Below, piece by piece: positions 1-10,400 of a stretch of 14,981 nt of DNA (within the stretch, counting starts at the first letter, position 1; each line of letters opens with the position of its first letter). Both the position numbers and the translations under genes were made by a program. The stretch spans positions 1-14,981 of the forward strand of contig JAZDMQ010000124.1 of assembly GCA_043800755.1 (NCBI GenBank), read 5' to 3'. Below the pieces are notes generated by a model. It searched no databases. It was given only the letters and a program-made list of their open reading frames with translations, and was not told the DNA's origin. This DNA comes from a bacterium (GTDB lineage Bacteria; Methylomirabilota; Methylomirabilia; CAVQYV01).

Positions 1-134
1 TGATGCCCGGGGATAATGTCAACCTGACCATTGAGCTCATCACCCCGATCGCCATGGAGAAGGAACTTCGCTTTGCCATCCGTGAGGGAGGCCACACCGT
101 GGGAGCTGGGGTCATCAACGAGATATTGGAGTGA
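1..134 (+). CDS. tuf: Elongation factor Tu, C-terminal fragment (5'-truncated by window edge)
   Basis: Frame from nt 3 reads [43 protein letters not shown], the EF-Tu domain III C-terminus ([13 protein letters not shown]). TGA at 132-134. Not in the ORF track. Confidence 0.97.
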   Translation, partial: MPGDNVNLTIELITPIAMEKELRFAIREGGHTVGAGVINEILE

Positions 135-138
135 GGCG

Positions 139-288
139 ATGAGAGAGATCATTACCCTTGCTTGCACCAATTGCAAGCAGAGGAACTATTCAACTATGAA
201 GAATAGGAAGACTGCTCCCGACCGGATAGAGCTGAAGAAGTTCTGCAAGGTTTGTCGGGCTCATACCCTCCACAAGGAGACCAAGTAA
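139..288 (+). CDS. rpmG: 50S ribosomal protein L33 (49 aa, zinc-ribbon C+ type)
   Basis: [52 protein letters not shown] at 139 follows GGAGTGAGG, which overlaps the tuf stop. The track ORF 31..288 is over-extended. Confidence 0.96.
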   Translation: MREIITLACTNCKQRNYSTMKNRKTAPDRIELKKFCKVCRAHTLHKETK

Positions 289-307
289 GGCGAAACAACT
301 TACCCCC

Positions 308-384
308 AGGCCTGTAGCTCCAACGGATAGAGCACCGGACTCCAAATCCGGGTGTTGGGGGTTCAAATCCCTCCAGGCCTGCCA
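308..384 (+). tRNA. trnW: tRNA-Trp (anticodon CCA)
   Basis: Cloverleaf: acceptor AGGCCTG/CAGGCCT, D stem GCTC/GAGC, anticodon arm CCGGA-CTCCAAA-TCCGG (CCA 342-344), T arm GGGGG-TTCAAAT-CCCTC, discriminator G and encoded CCA end. Canonical position before secE. Confidence 0.97.
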
Positions 385-464
385 TTCATCTCAGCCACCA
401 TTGGTAAAGAATCAAGTCCTTACTTTGAGAACAAAGGGATTAGGTTAAACAGGAGATTGGGTTC

Positions 465-659
465 ATGAAGGATTACTTCGAAAAGGTCAAGCGATATCTG
501 CGCGAAGTCTGGAGTGAGTTGAAGAAGGTATCCTGGCCGCAGAGAAAAGAGATCGTTGCATCAACGGTGGTGGTTATCCTCTGTACATTTATTGTGGCCT
601 TTTTCCTGGGAATCGTCGATGTGGCCCTCCAGAAGGTGTTGGGCTATTTGATCAAATGA
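465..659 (+). CDS. secE: Preprotein translocase subunit SecE (short, single-TM type)
   Basis: ELKKVSWP motif followed by one hydrophobic helix. SD AGGAG at 451-455. Lies between tRNA-Trp and nusG. Confidence 0.95.
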   Translation: MKDYFEKVKRYLREVWSELKKVSWPQRKEIVASTVVVILCTFIVAFFLGIVDVALQKVLGYLIK

Positions 660-684
660 TGACCCATTTGGGTAGGGGTAGGTG

Positions 685-1215
685 ATGGCGCAAGGTTGGT
701 ATGTGATTCATACCTATTCAGGTTTTGAAAACAAGGTGAAGGCGTCCATTGAGCAGAAGACTGCCGCGCTCGGTCTCGCCGACAAGATTTCCAAGATCTT
801 GATTCCTACTGAGGAGGTCGTAGAGCTCAAGAAGGGAAAGAAGAAGGTCTCGACTCGGAAATTCTTTCCTGGCTATCTCCTGATAAAAATGGAGATGAAC
901 GATGACCTGTGGTACCTGGTGAAGAATATCCCAAAGGTCACTGGCTTTGTAGGGCCTGGTACCAAGCCAGTTCCCATTTCCGAGGACGAAGTGGGAGAGA
1001 TTATCAGACAGGTGGAAACCGGGGGGGAGAAGCCCCGGCACAAGGTGCTCTATGCCCCTGGAGAGAGCGTCCGCATCATCGACGGGCCCTTTACCAATTT
1101 TTCTGGGGTTGTTGAGGAAGTAAAGCCGGATAAGGGGCGGCTTAAAGTGATGGTCAGCATTTTCGGGCGTTCCACGCCGGTTGACCTCGATTTTTTGCAG
1201 GTGGAAAGGATCTGA
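685..1215 (+). CDS. nusG: Transcription termination/antitermination factor NusG
   Basis: [22 protein letters not shown] motif [21 protein letters not shown] 685 preferred over GTG 682 on spacing from AGGGGT (674-679). Confidence 0.96.
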   Translation: MAQGWYVIHTYSGFENKVKASIEQKTAALGLADKISKILIPTEEVVELKKGKKKVSTRKFFPGYLLIKMEMNDDLWYLVKNIPKVTGFVGPGTKPVPISEDEVGEIIRQVETGGEKPRHKVLYAPGESVRIIDGPFTNFSGVVEEVKPDKGRLKVMVSIFGRSTPVDLDFLQVERI

Positions 1216-1252
1216 GAACCTTTAAGCGAGCCGGGAGAGGAGATTTAATCGT

Positions 1253-1678
1253 ATGGCCAAAAGAGTGGTGGCGGTGGTAAAGCTTCAGGTGCCTGCGGGA
1301 AAGGCGAATCCCTCCCCCCCTGTAGGACCTGCCCTGGGGCAACACGGGATCAATATTATGGAGTTTTGTAAGACCTTCAATGCCCAGACCCAACATCAAG
1401 AGGGCCTCATTATTCCGGCGGTAATCACCATCTATGCAGACCGATCCTTTACTTTTGTTACCAAAACCCCCCCCGCCGCTATCCTCTTGAAGCAGGCAGC
1501 GGGCATTGCCAAGGCCTCAAAGGAGCCGAATCGGGAGAAGGTGGGAAAGGTCAGCGTTTCCCAGGTAAGGGAGATTGCCAAGTCAAAGATGCCCGACCTG
1601 AATGCGCTGGATTTGGAAGCAGCAGTGAAGATTATCGAGGGAACCGCCCGCAGCATGGGCATTGAGATCACCCAATAG
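1253..1678 (+). CDS. rplK: 50S ribosomal protein L11
   Basis: [45 protein letters not shown] upstream. Confidence 0.98.
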   Translation: MAKRVVAVVKLQVPAGKANPSPPVGPALGQHGINIMEFCKTFNAQTQHQEGLIIPAVITIYADRSFTFVTKTPPAAILLKQAAGIAKASKEPNREKVGKVSVSQVREIAKSKMPDLNALDLEAAVKIIEGTARSMGIEITQ

Positions 1679-1688
1679 GGGGCAGGAG

Positions 1689-2393
1689 ATGGCGAAAGGT
1701 AAGCGATATTCGAATGCGGCAGCCCAAGTGGACAAGACGGGATTCTTTGATCTGGGGACGGCGATTGAACGGGCGAAGTCCATCGCCTCTGCGAAGTTTG
1801 ACGAGACATTAGAGATGGCAGTTCGCCTCGGAGTTGACCCCAAGCACGCGGACCAAATGGTAAGAGGAACGGTAGTCCTTCCTCACGGGGTTGGAAAAAA
1901 GGTGAAGGTACTGGTCTTCGCCAAGGGGGAGAAGGAAAAGGAGGCGCAGGCGGCAGGGGCGGATTATGTGGGCTGCGAAGACTTAATTGAGAAGGTCCAG
2001 CAAGGTTGGCTGGGATTTGATCGGGCCATTGCAACGCCCGATGTGATGGGCCAGGTGGGAAAACTGGGAAAGATCTTAGGCCCGCGGGGACTCATGCCGA
2101 ATCCCAAAACGGGAAGCGTGACCTTCGAGGTGGGGAAAGCGGTGCAAGAATTCAAGGCGGGAAAGATCGAATTTAGGGTGGAGAAGGCGGGGATTGTCCA
2201 CGCCCCGGTGGGGAAGATCTCCTTCTCGAAGGATCAACTGGTGGAGAACGCTTCCATTTTATTGGAGGCCCTTTTGAAGGCCAAACCTGCTTCTGCCAAG
2301 GGGAAGTACCTAAAGGGTATCTCCATTTCGTCTACCATGGGGCCAGGGATCAAGATCGATCCCAATCTGGCCGTCACCCGGGAAAAAGGGTAA
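1689..2393 (+). CDS. rplA: 50S ribosomal protein L1
   Basis: MAKGKRY start at ATG 1689, [36 protein letters not shown]. The track start 1662 overlaps rplK. Confidence 0.97.
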   Translation: MAKGKRYSNAAAQVDKTGFFDLGTAIERAKSIASAKFDETLEMAVRLGVDPKHADQMVRGTVVLPHGVGKKVKVLVFAKGEKEKEAQAAGADYVGCEDLIEKVQQGWLGFDRAIATPDVMGQVGKLGKILGPRGLMPNPKTGSVTFEVGKAVQEFKAGKIEFRVEKAGIVHAPVGKISFSKDQLVENASILLEALLKAKPASAKGKYLKGISISSTMGPGIKIDPNLAVTREKG

Positions 2394-2418
2394 ATCCATA
2401 AGGAGAGGGGGCAGATTG

Positions 2419-2943
2419 GTGAGCACTCCCAAGAAGGAATCTGAGGTGAAGCAGTTGGAGGAGAAATTCCGCTCCGCCAAGAGCGCCATATTAACGGACT
2501 TCCGGGGCCTTAATGTTGCGGACATGACGGCGCTGCGAAATCTCTTACGGAAGAGCAAGGTTGAATACCGGGTCATCAAGAATAGATTGACCAAAATTGC
2601 CATCAAGGATAGCTCTTTTGCTGGCTTGGATTCCCTATTGTCTGGGCCGAATGGCTTGGCTCTCAGCGAGGAGGATCCAGTCGTCTCCAGCAAGCTGCTT
2701 TCCCAATTTCTTCGTACTGCGAGCAACTTGGACATCAAAGGTGGGATCATAGAGGGAAGGCTGTACCAGAAGGAACAGATATTGGCGATTGCGGAGTTGC
2801 CGCCGAGAGAGATTTTGATTTCTCAAATCCTGAATGCTGTGGCATCACCTTTGAGCGGATTTGTGAGAGTCCTTCGCGGCCCCATTCAGCAAATGATGGG
2901 GACGCTGGATGCCATTAAGGCCCAGAAGGAAAAAGGCGCTTAG
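2419..2943 (+). CDS. rplJ: 50S ribosomal protein L10
   Basis: DFRGLNV, LR, VIKNRL, IKGG, LPPRE motifs. GTG 2419 lies 7 nt after GAGGGGG (TTG 2416 is an alternative start). Confidence 0.95.
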   Translation: MSTPKKESEVKQLEEKFRSAKSAILTDFRGLNVADMTALRNLLRKSKVEYRVIKNRLTKIAIKDSSFAGLDSLLSGPNGLALSEEDPVVSSKLLSQFLRTASNLDIKGGIIEGRLYQKEQILAIAELPPREILISQILNAVASPLSGFVRVLRGPIQQMMGTLDAIKAQKEKGA

Positions 2944-2969
2944 GCCTCACTTGGGCCTTCTATTTTTCT
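2942..2969 (+). terminator. Terminator-like hairpin with U-rich tail after rplJ (function uncertain)
   Basis: AGGCCT-CACTT-GGGCCT followed by TCTATTTTTCT. Confidence 0.35.
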
Positions 2970-3012
2970 CATTTCAGATCATCATCACCCTTTGGAGAAG
3001 GAGGATGGGCAA

Positions 3013-3402
3013 GTGACAAGAATGGGCAAAGAGGAGATATTGGAGACCATTGAAAGCATGACGGTGCTGGAGTTGTCTGAGTTGATCAAAGACTTAGAGG
3101 CGAAATTTGGAGTCTCGGCAGCAGCAGCTCCCATGGTTGCAATGGCAGGGCTTTTGGCATCTGCGGCCCCCAGCACACCGCAAGAAGAGAAAACCGAGTT
3201 TAATGTAATCCTGGCCGGGGTGGGAGACAAGAAGATCCAGGTGATCAAGGAAGTGCGCGCCATTACTGGATTGGGCCTGAAGGAGGCGAAGGACTTGGTG
3301 GAGGGTGCTCCTAAGCCGGTAAAATCAGGTGTTTCCAAGGCAGAGGCTGATGAGTTGAAGTCGAAGTTGGAGGCGGTCGGCGCCACCGTTGAGATCCAAT
3401 AA
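3013..3402 (+). CDS. rplL: 50S ribosomal protein L7/L12
   Basis: [57 protein letters not shown] (2998-3004) lies 8 nt before GTG 3013. Confidence 0.96.
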   Translation: MTRMGKEEILETIESMTVLELSELIKDLEAKFGVSAAAAPMVAMAGLLASAAPSTPQEEKTEFNVILAGVGDKKIQVIKEVRAITGLGLKEAKDLVEGAPKPVKSGVSKAEADELKSKLEAVGATVEIQ

Positions 3403-3484
3403 GTGAAGGGGAAACCGAACTTAAAGACAGGGAATTAGAATGTTTCGTCAACCGCCGTATTGGGTAGTATAAGAGGTAACGCCA

Positions 3485-6400
3485 ATGTCCTTTGTGGGAG
3501 ATGAATTTCCTCTCGCTCGTGAAAGCTTTGCCAAGCTTCCCGAGATCGTCTCCATCCCAAGTCTGATTGAAATCCAGCAGAGATCCTTTGAACAATTCCT
3601 GCAAAAGGCTGTCCCCCCGGAGAAGAGGGAGGAATCGGGCTTGCAGGAGGTTTTCGCTACCGTCTTCCCCATTTCAGATTACGAGGGATCTGCTTCCCTG
3701 GAGTTCGTTCGCTACCGATTTGGGAAGCCGAAGTATTCCCCGGAAGAATGCCGGGCCAAGGGAATGACCTGCTCGGTTCCCTTGAAGGTCACCCTTCGGC
3801 TGGTGGTGTGGGACAAAAACCTTGAGTCGGAGCCGAAGACCGTTCGGGACATCAAGGAGCAGGAGGTCTACCTGGGTGAGATGCCCTTGATGACAGATCA
3901 AGGGACCTTCATTATCAATGGCACCGAACGGGTCGTAGTAAGTCAGCTTCATCGCTCCCCAGGCGCCTTTTTTGAGCACGATAGAACGCGCAGTCACTCC
4001 AGCGGTAAGACCTTGTACTCAGCCCGCCTCATTCCCTATCGAGGATCTTGGCTAGAGTTCGAATTCGACTCCAATGATGTCCTCTATGTGCGTATCGATC
4101 GGCGCAGGAAGTTCCTGTGCAGCATCCTACTGAGGGCCTTGGGATATTCCAACAATGATGAGATTCTCAAGCTCTTTTATGAGCAAGACAAGCTGATCAT
4201 CCGTAAGCAAAAGATCTATTTGGACCTGAGCTCAGCCTCCGCCATCAATTATCGGGTTGCCCAGGATGTAACCGATAAGGCGAAAAAGGAGGTCATTCTT
4301 TCAGCGGGAAAGAAGCTGGCCAAGGGTACCATCAAGAAGATGCAAGACGCAGGAATCGACAAGGTTCTTGTCTCCCGGGAGGATGTTTTGGGTCATATCC
4401 TGGCCAGCGATTGCGTCGATGCCAAAACCGGAGAGATTCTTTTGGAGACGGCCAAAAAGATAACCCCTGAGGCCATGGCGATGATCATGGAGCGGGAGAC
4501 CCATCCCTTTTCCTTGCTCGCGGGGCAGGAGACTTGGGACGTCTTCGATATCCGCGAGACCCTGTTACGGGACAATACGCGTTCTCCGGAAGAGGCCTCG
4601 GTCGAAATTTACCGACGGATTCGCCCGGGAGATCCCCCTACCGTCCAGAGTGCCTCGCTGCTTTTGGACTCGATGTTTTTCAACCCCAAGAGGTACGACC
4701 TGTCCCGGGTGGGGCGGTATAAGCTGAACTCCAAACTGGGAATGGAAGAATCCCTGAAGGCTCGGGTGTTGCGCCGTGAGGATATCGTGGAAGTGATACG
4801 CTATCTCGTCCTGCTCAAGCACGGGCATGGGGCGGTGGACGATATTGATCATTTGGGAAATCGGCGAGTGCGCTCGGTAGGAGAGCTCTTGGAGGAGCAG
4901 TTCCGGATCGGATTGGGCCGCATGGAGCGTGCGGTGAAGGAGCGCATGAGCACTCAAGAAGTGGAAACGCTGATGCCTCACGATCTGATCAATCCCAAGC
5001 CCGTGAGTGCAACCATTAAGGAATTCTTTGGAAGCTCGCAGCTCTCACAGTTCATGGACCAGACCAACCCTCTCGCGGAGTTGACCCATAAGCGAAGGCT
5101 GAGTGCGTTGGGTCCAGGAGGTCTGAGTCGGGAAAGGGCCGGTTTTGAAGTGCGGGACGTGCATCCCACCCACTATGGAAGGATGTGTCCCATTGAGACC
5201 CCGGAAGGTCCCAATGTGGGGCTCATTGCCTCGCTCTCCACCTACGCCCGGGTCAACGACCTGGGATTCATAGAGACCCCATACCGGAAGGTGATCAATG
5301 GAAGGGTGACCGACCAGATCGAGTATCTGACCGCAGATAAGGAAGAGCGGTTCGTCATCGCCCAAGCCAATATCCATTTGGACAAGAATGGAAGGTTCCT
5401 GACCGAGATGGTCTCCGCCCGTTCGGGGGGGAACTTCCGATTGGTTTCTTCCAAGGAAGTCCAATATATGGATGTTTCCCCCAAGCAACTGGTGGGAATA
5501 TCCACATCCCTCATTCCTTTCCTGGAACACGATGATGCGAACCGGGCCCTGATGGGAGCCAACATGCAGCGGCAGGCCGTCCCCTTGTTGAGGCCGGTCT
5601 CGCCTTTGGTGGGCACAGGGATGGAGCATGTGGCGGCTCGTGACTCAGGGGCAGTGGTGGTTGCCAAGAGGGACGGGGTGGTGGAAAGCGTGTGCGCTGA
5701 CCGGATCATTATCCGCGCCGGGGTTGATGAAGAGGAGCCCGGGGATGGAGCGGGGATCGACATCTATAATCTCCTCAAGTTTCAGCGCTCCAATCAAAAC
5801 ACCTGTATCAACCAGAAACCGATTGTCCGCAGGGGAGACCGGGTAAAGAAAGGGCAGATCATCGCCGATGGACCTGCCTGTCACAACGGAGAGTTAGCTT
5901 TGGGGCAGAATGTCTTGGTCGCTTTCATGTCCTGGGGGGGATACAATTTCGAGGATGCGATCCTCATCAGCGAGAAGGTGGTCAAGGACGATCGCTTTAG
6001 CTCTATCCACATCGAGGAGTTTGAGATCGAGGCCCGGGATACCAAGTTAGGCAAGGAGGAGATCACGCGAGACATCCCCAACGTGGGCGAGGAAGCCCTC
6101 AAGGACCTCGACGAGAGTGGAATCATTCGCATTGGGGCCGAGGTCAAGCCTGGGGACATCCTCGTAGGGAAAGTGACCCCCAAGGGAGAAACCCTGCTTA
6201 CCGCGGAGGAGCGCTTGCTGCGGGCTATCTTTGGAGAGAAGGCGGAGGATGTCCGGGATGCCTCCCTGACCATTCCTCCGGGCATCAATGGTACCGTGGT
6301 GGATGTGAAGGTCTTCTCGCGCAGAGGGATAGAGAAAGATGAACGGGCCCGAGCCATTGAAGAGGAAGAGATCCTCCGTTGGCGCAGGGATTTGAATGAT

Positions 6401-7441
6401 GAAATCACGATCCTGCACGACGAACGGGACGCGAAGATCAGGGCCCAACTCCTCGGCAAGAGCCCCAAGCGGTCCATCAAATTGAATTCGGGGAAAGGGA
6501 CAATCCCCGGTAAAAAGGCGTTGACCAGGGAACCCTTGAACTCCCTCGCTTATCAAGACTTGATGGAGTTGAGCCTGGCCTTGAGCGGGGAAGTTCAGGA
6601 AAAGATCAGAGCCTTTAGTGAGGCGGCGGAGCATCAGGCGGAGATTTTGAAGGAGTCCTTTGAAGAGAAGGTTGCTCGCCTGCGCAAAGGAGATGAGCTT
6701 TCCCCCGGGGTCTTCAAGATGGTGAAGGTCTTCGTCGCCATGAAACGAGAGCTCTCGGTTGGGGATAAGATCGCGGGGCGACATGGAAACAAAGGGGTGA
6801 TCGCCAAGATCCAACCGGAAGAGGATATGCCCTATTTGCCGGATGGCACCCCGATTGAGGTGATCCTGAATCCCCTGGGAGTTCCCTCTCGGATGAATGT
6901 GGGACAGATTCTGGAGGCACACCTGGGATGGGCGGCAGCGACCCTCGGAAAGAGGGTGGCGAGCCCGGTCTTTGATGGGGCAAAGGAACAGGAGATCAAG
7001 GCATGGCTAAAAAAGGCCGGCCTTCCCTCGAACGGGAAGACCCTCTTGTATGACGGGAGGACCGGAAGACCCTTCCACCAGGAGGTGACCGTCGGCTACA
7101 TCAGTCTCATGAAGCTGGCCCATTTGGTTGACGACAAGATCCACGCCCGCTCGATAGGTCCTTATTCTCTGGTCACCCAACAACCCCTGGGGGGCAAAGC
7201 TCAATTCGGTGGACAGAGGTTTGGGGAGATGGAGGTCTGGGCGTTGGAGGCTTACGGGGCCGCGTATTGCCTCCAGGAGATGCTCACCGTAAAGTCGGAT
7301 GACATTGCCGGTCGAACCAAGATGTATGAATCCATCGTGAAGGGTGAAGGAAACCTGGAGCCGGGCACCCCCGAGTCATTTAATGTTCTGCTGAAAGAAC
7401 TGCAGAGCTTAGCCTTGGATGTGGAGCTGCAGAAGGAATAG
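3485..7441 (+). CDS. rpoB: DNA-directed RNA polymerase subunit beta
   Basis: 1318 aa. [74 protein letters not shown]. Confidence 0.99.
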   Translation: MSFVGDEFPLARESFAKLPEIVSIPSLIEIQQRSFEQFLQKAVPPEKREESGLQEVFATVFPISDYEGSASLEFVRYRFGKPKYSPEECRAKGMTCSVPLKVTLRLVVWDKNLESEPKTVRDIKEQEVYLGEMPLMTDQGTFIINGTERVVVSQLHRSPGAFFEHDRTRSHSSGKTLYSARLIPYRGSWLEFEFDSNDVLYVRIDRRRKFLCSILLRALGYSNNDEILKLFYEQDKLIIRKQKIYLDLSSASAINYRVAQDVTDKAKKEVILSAGKKLAKGTIKKMQDAGIDKVLVSREDVLGHILASDCVDAKTGEILLETAKKITPEAMAMIMERETHPFSLLAGQETWDVFDIRETLLRDNTRSPEEASVEIYRRIRPGDPPTVQSASLLLDSMFFNPKRYDLSRVGRYKLNSKLGMEESLKARVLRREDIVEVIRYLVLLKHGHGAVDDIDHLGNRRVRSVGELLEEQFRIGLGRMERAVKERMSTQEVETLMPHDLINPKPVSATIKEFFGSSQLSQFMDQTNPLAELTHKRRLSALGPGGLSRERAGFEVRDVHPTHYGRMCPIETPEGPNVGLIASLSTYARVNDLGFIETPYRKVINGRVTDQIEYLTADKEERFVIAQANIHLDKNGRFLTEMVSARSGGNFRLVSSKEVQYMDVSPKQLVGISTSLIPFLEHDDANRALMGANMQRQAVPLLRPVSPLVGTGMEHVAARDSGAVVVAKRDGVVESVCADRIIIRAGVDEEEPGDGAGIDIYNLLKFQRSNQNTCINQKPIVRRGDRVKKGQIIADGPACHNGELALGQNVLVAFMSWGGYNFEDAILISEKVVKDDRFSSIHIEEFEIEARDTKLGKEEITRDIPNVGEEALKDLDESGIIRIGAEVKPGDILVGKVTPKGETLLTAEERLLRAIFGEKAEDVRDASLTIPPGINGTVVDVKVFSRRGIEKDERARAIEEEEILRWRRDLNDEITILHDERDAKIRAQLLGKSPKRSIKLNSGKGTIPGKKALTREPLNSLAYQDLMELSLALSGEVQEKIRAFSEAAEHQAEILKESFEEKVARLRKGDELSPGVFKMVKVFVAMKRELSVGDKIAGRHGNKGVIAKIQPEEDMPYLPDGTPIEVILNPLGVPSRMNVGQILEAHLGWAAATLGKRVASPVFDGAKEQEIKAWLKKAGLPSNGKTLLYDGRTGRPFHQEVTVGYISLMKLAHLVDDKIHARSIGPYSLVTQQPLGGKAQFGGQRFGEMEVWALEAYGAAYCLQEMLTVKSDDIAGRTKMYESIVKGEGNLEPGTPESFNVLLKELQSLALDVELQKE

Positions 7442-7477
7442 GAAGCAAAGGCCAAGTTCCATAAGGAGGTAGGAACC

Positions 7478-10400
7478 TTGGATAGATTTTTCGGTTTCTT
7501 CGATGAAAAGCCGATTGACCCCACAGGTTTTCGGGCGTTTCGGATCGGAATAGCCTCTCCCGAAAAGATTCGTTCCTGGTCCTCGGGGGAGGTCAAGAAG
7601 CCAGAGACCATTAATTACCGAACCTTTAAACCGGAGAGGGATGGCCTTTTCTGCGCGAAGATCTTCGGCCCCACCAAGGATTGGGAATGTAACTGCGGAA
7701 AATACAAGGGGATGAAACACCGGGGGGTGGTCTGTGACAAGTGTGGGGTGGAGATTACTCGATCCAAGACCAGAAGGCAGCGCCTCGGCCACATCGAACT
7801 CGCCTCTCCGGTATCCCATGTCTGGTTCTTCAAGGCGTTGCCCAGTCGCATTGGCTATCTGTTGGATATGTCTCTGCGCGATCTGGAGAAGATCCTTTAC
7901 TTCGAGGAATATGTGGTTATCGACCCGGGCAACACTCCGCTGAAGAAGAAAGAGCTTCTCAGCGAGGACCGCTATCGCAAGATACGGGAGGAGTTCGGGG
8001 ATGGCTTCGTGGCTGAAATGGGGGCGGAGGCGATTCGTTCCCTCCTCCAGGAGGTGAATCTGGATGTCCTCTCCGTGGAGTTGCGGGCCCAGATAGAGAA
8101 GGAAACCTCCCAGCAAACGAAGAAGAAAATCACCAAGCGGTTGCGGATTGTGGAGGCGTTTCAGGGCTCGGGCAATAGGCCAGAATGGATGGTTCTGGAG
8201 GTGTTGCCGGTCTTGCCCCCCGAACTGCGCCCCTTGGTGCCGCTGGATGGAGGACGGTTTGCCACCTCGGACCTCAATGATCTGTATCGGCGGGTAATCA
8301 ATCGCAATAACCGTTTGAAGAGGCTTCAGGAATTGCGGGCCCCCGAAGTGATCATCCGGAATGAAAAGCGCATGTTGCAGGAGGCAGTCGATGCCCTTTT
8401 CGATAATGGCCGGAGAGGAAGGGCGCTCAAGGGGCAAAACAATCGGCCCCTCAAGTCCTTGAGCGACATGCTGAAAGGGAAACAGGGCCGTTTTCGCCAG
8501 AACCTGTTGGGGAAGAGGGTGGACTATTCGGGGCGTTCGGTAGTTGTGGTCGGCCCGGAGCTTCGATTGCACCAATGTGGCCTGCCCAAGAAGATGGCCC
8601 TGGAGCTCTTCAAGCCCTTCATTTTCAACCGCTTGCTGAAGAGCAGCGAGCAGGCCGCCACGATCAAGAGTGCCAAGAAGATGGTGGAGAGGGGTCGGCC
8701 AGAGGTGTGGGATGCTCTGGAAGAAGTGATCAAAGAGCATCCGGTCCTGCTGAATAGGGCCCCGACCCTCCATCGTTTGGGCATCCAGGCATTCGAGCCG
8801 GTGTTGGTAGAGGGGGAAGCGATCCGAATCCATCCCCTGGTTTGTGCGGCCTTCAACGCCGACTTCGATGGGGACCAGATGGCCGTTCATGTGCCCCTAT
8901 CTCCTGAGGCCCAATTGGAGGCCTCTCTCTTGATGCTCTCCCCGAACAACATCCTGTCTCCTGCCAATGGAATGCCCCTCGCTACCCCGAGTCAGGACAT
9001 CGTCCTGGGATGTTACTATCTTACCAAGTTTCGGCTGGGGGAGAAGGGAGAAGGAAAGGTTTTCTCGGATATCGATGAGGTTCGAGCGGCCTATGACTCG
9101 GAGGAGATTGGCCTATTGGCCAAGGTCAAGGTCCGCATGGGCGGTGGGTTGGTGGAGACCACGGTGGGTAGGGTCATCTTCAATGAGCATTTACCCCCTG
9201 CCTTGGGCTTCATCAACCAGGAGATGAACAAGCGAGAGTTAAACCGGCTGGTCGCCCAGTGCTACTATCTGCTGGGAAAGTCGGAAACGGTGAAGTTGCT
9301 GGATGCCTTGAAGGATCTTGGATTCCGTTACGCGACCTTGTCTGGGTTGTCCATTGGCATCGATGACATGCATATTCCTTCCAACAAGGGTGAGCTCATC
9401 GGAGAGGCGGAGGCCGAGGTCAAGAAGATCGAGAGGGAATATCAGGACGGGCTTATTACTAAGGGCGAGCGGTACAACAAGATCATCGATATCTGGACCC
9501 ATGTGACCGATCGGGTCTCCGATGAAATGTTCAGAGAACTGGAGGGCCAAAAGGACGGGGAGTTCAACCCGATCTTCATGATGGCCGATTCGGGATCCCG
9601 GGGCAGCCGTCAACAGATCCGGCAATTGGCGGGAATGAGAGGTTTGATGGCCAAGCCCTCGGGGGAGATTATTGAGACCCCGATCACGACCAACTTCCGG
9701 GAAGGGCTCTCGGTATTAGAGTACTTTATCTCCACCCATGGAGCGAGAAAGGGCCTGGCCGATACCGCCCTGAAGACGGCGGATTCAGGCTATCTCACCC
9801 GCAGGCTAGTGGATGTGGCCCAAGATATGATCGTATGTGAGAGAGACTGCAAGACCCTGAACGGAATTTATGTGGGTCCGTTGGTCGAAGGAGGGGAGAT
9901 CATCGAGCCCCTACGGGATCGTGTCCTCGGTCGAGTTGCCTTGGAAGATATCCGGGATCCCTTCACCGGAGAGATTATCGTGGAGGCGAACCAGGAGATC
10001 ATAGAACCCTTGGCGGGCAAGATCGAGAACGCGGGAGTGGACCGGGTCAGAATCCGCTCGGCCCTCACCTGTGAGGTAGAGAGGGGTGTTTGCGTCCTTT
10101 GTTATGGAAGAAACCTGGCAACCGGCAGAATGGTGGAGATCGGAGAGGCGGTGGGGGTAATCGCAGCCCAGTCCATCGGAGAACCTGGGACCCAGCTGAC
10201 CATGCGGACCTTCCATATCGGGGGTATTGCCAGCCGGGTGGTGGAGCAGACCGTTCTGGAAAGCAAGTTTTCGGGGACCGTCAAATATCAGGACTTGCGC
10301 ACAGTGAAAACCGCGGCGGGCGACTTGGTGGTCATGAACCGCAACGGCTCGATCCTCATCATGGACGAACAGGGAAGGAAGAAGGAGCAATACCAGGCCG

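Noticed and set aside
31..138. N-terminal extension of L33 in the ORF track
   Set aside because: Out-of-frame overlap with the tuf 3' end; the real start is ATG 139.
194..385. 63-aa minus-strand ORF (MAGLEGFEPPTPGFG...)
   Set aside because: Typical translation of a reverse-complemented tRNA plus rpmG.
385..464. Integration site or regulatory hairpin after tRNA-Trp
   Set aside because: No duplicated tRNA 3' end or integrase; the AGTCC..CTTTG-AGAA-CAAAG-GGATT hairpin (415-441) is weak and lacks a U-tail.
3403..3484. Promoter, attenuator or displaced L10 leader between rplL and rpoB
   Set aside because: TAGTAT (3465-3470) has no properly spaced -35, there is no hairpin plus U-tract, and AAAGACAGGG does not extend into a leader fold.
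5020..5235. Rifampicin-resistance substitutions in rpoB
   Set aside because: Key cluster I residues (Q, D, H, R, S in SQFMDQ..THKRRLS) are wild type; PLAEL and PNVGLI look like ordinary variants.
7409..8890. 493-aa minus-strand ORF
   Set aside because: Antisense shadow of rpoC; no recognisable domain, and explained by codon bias of a GC-rich conserved gene.
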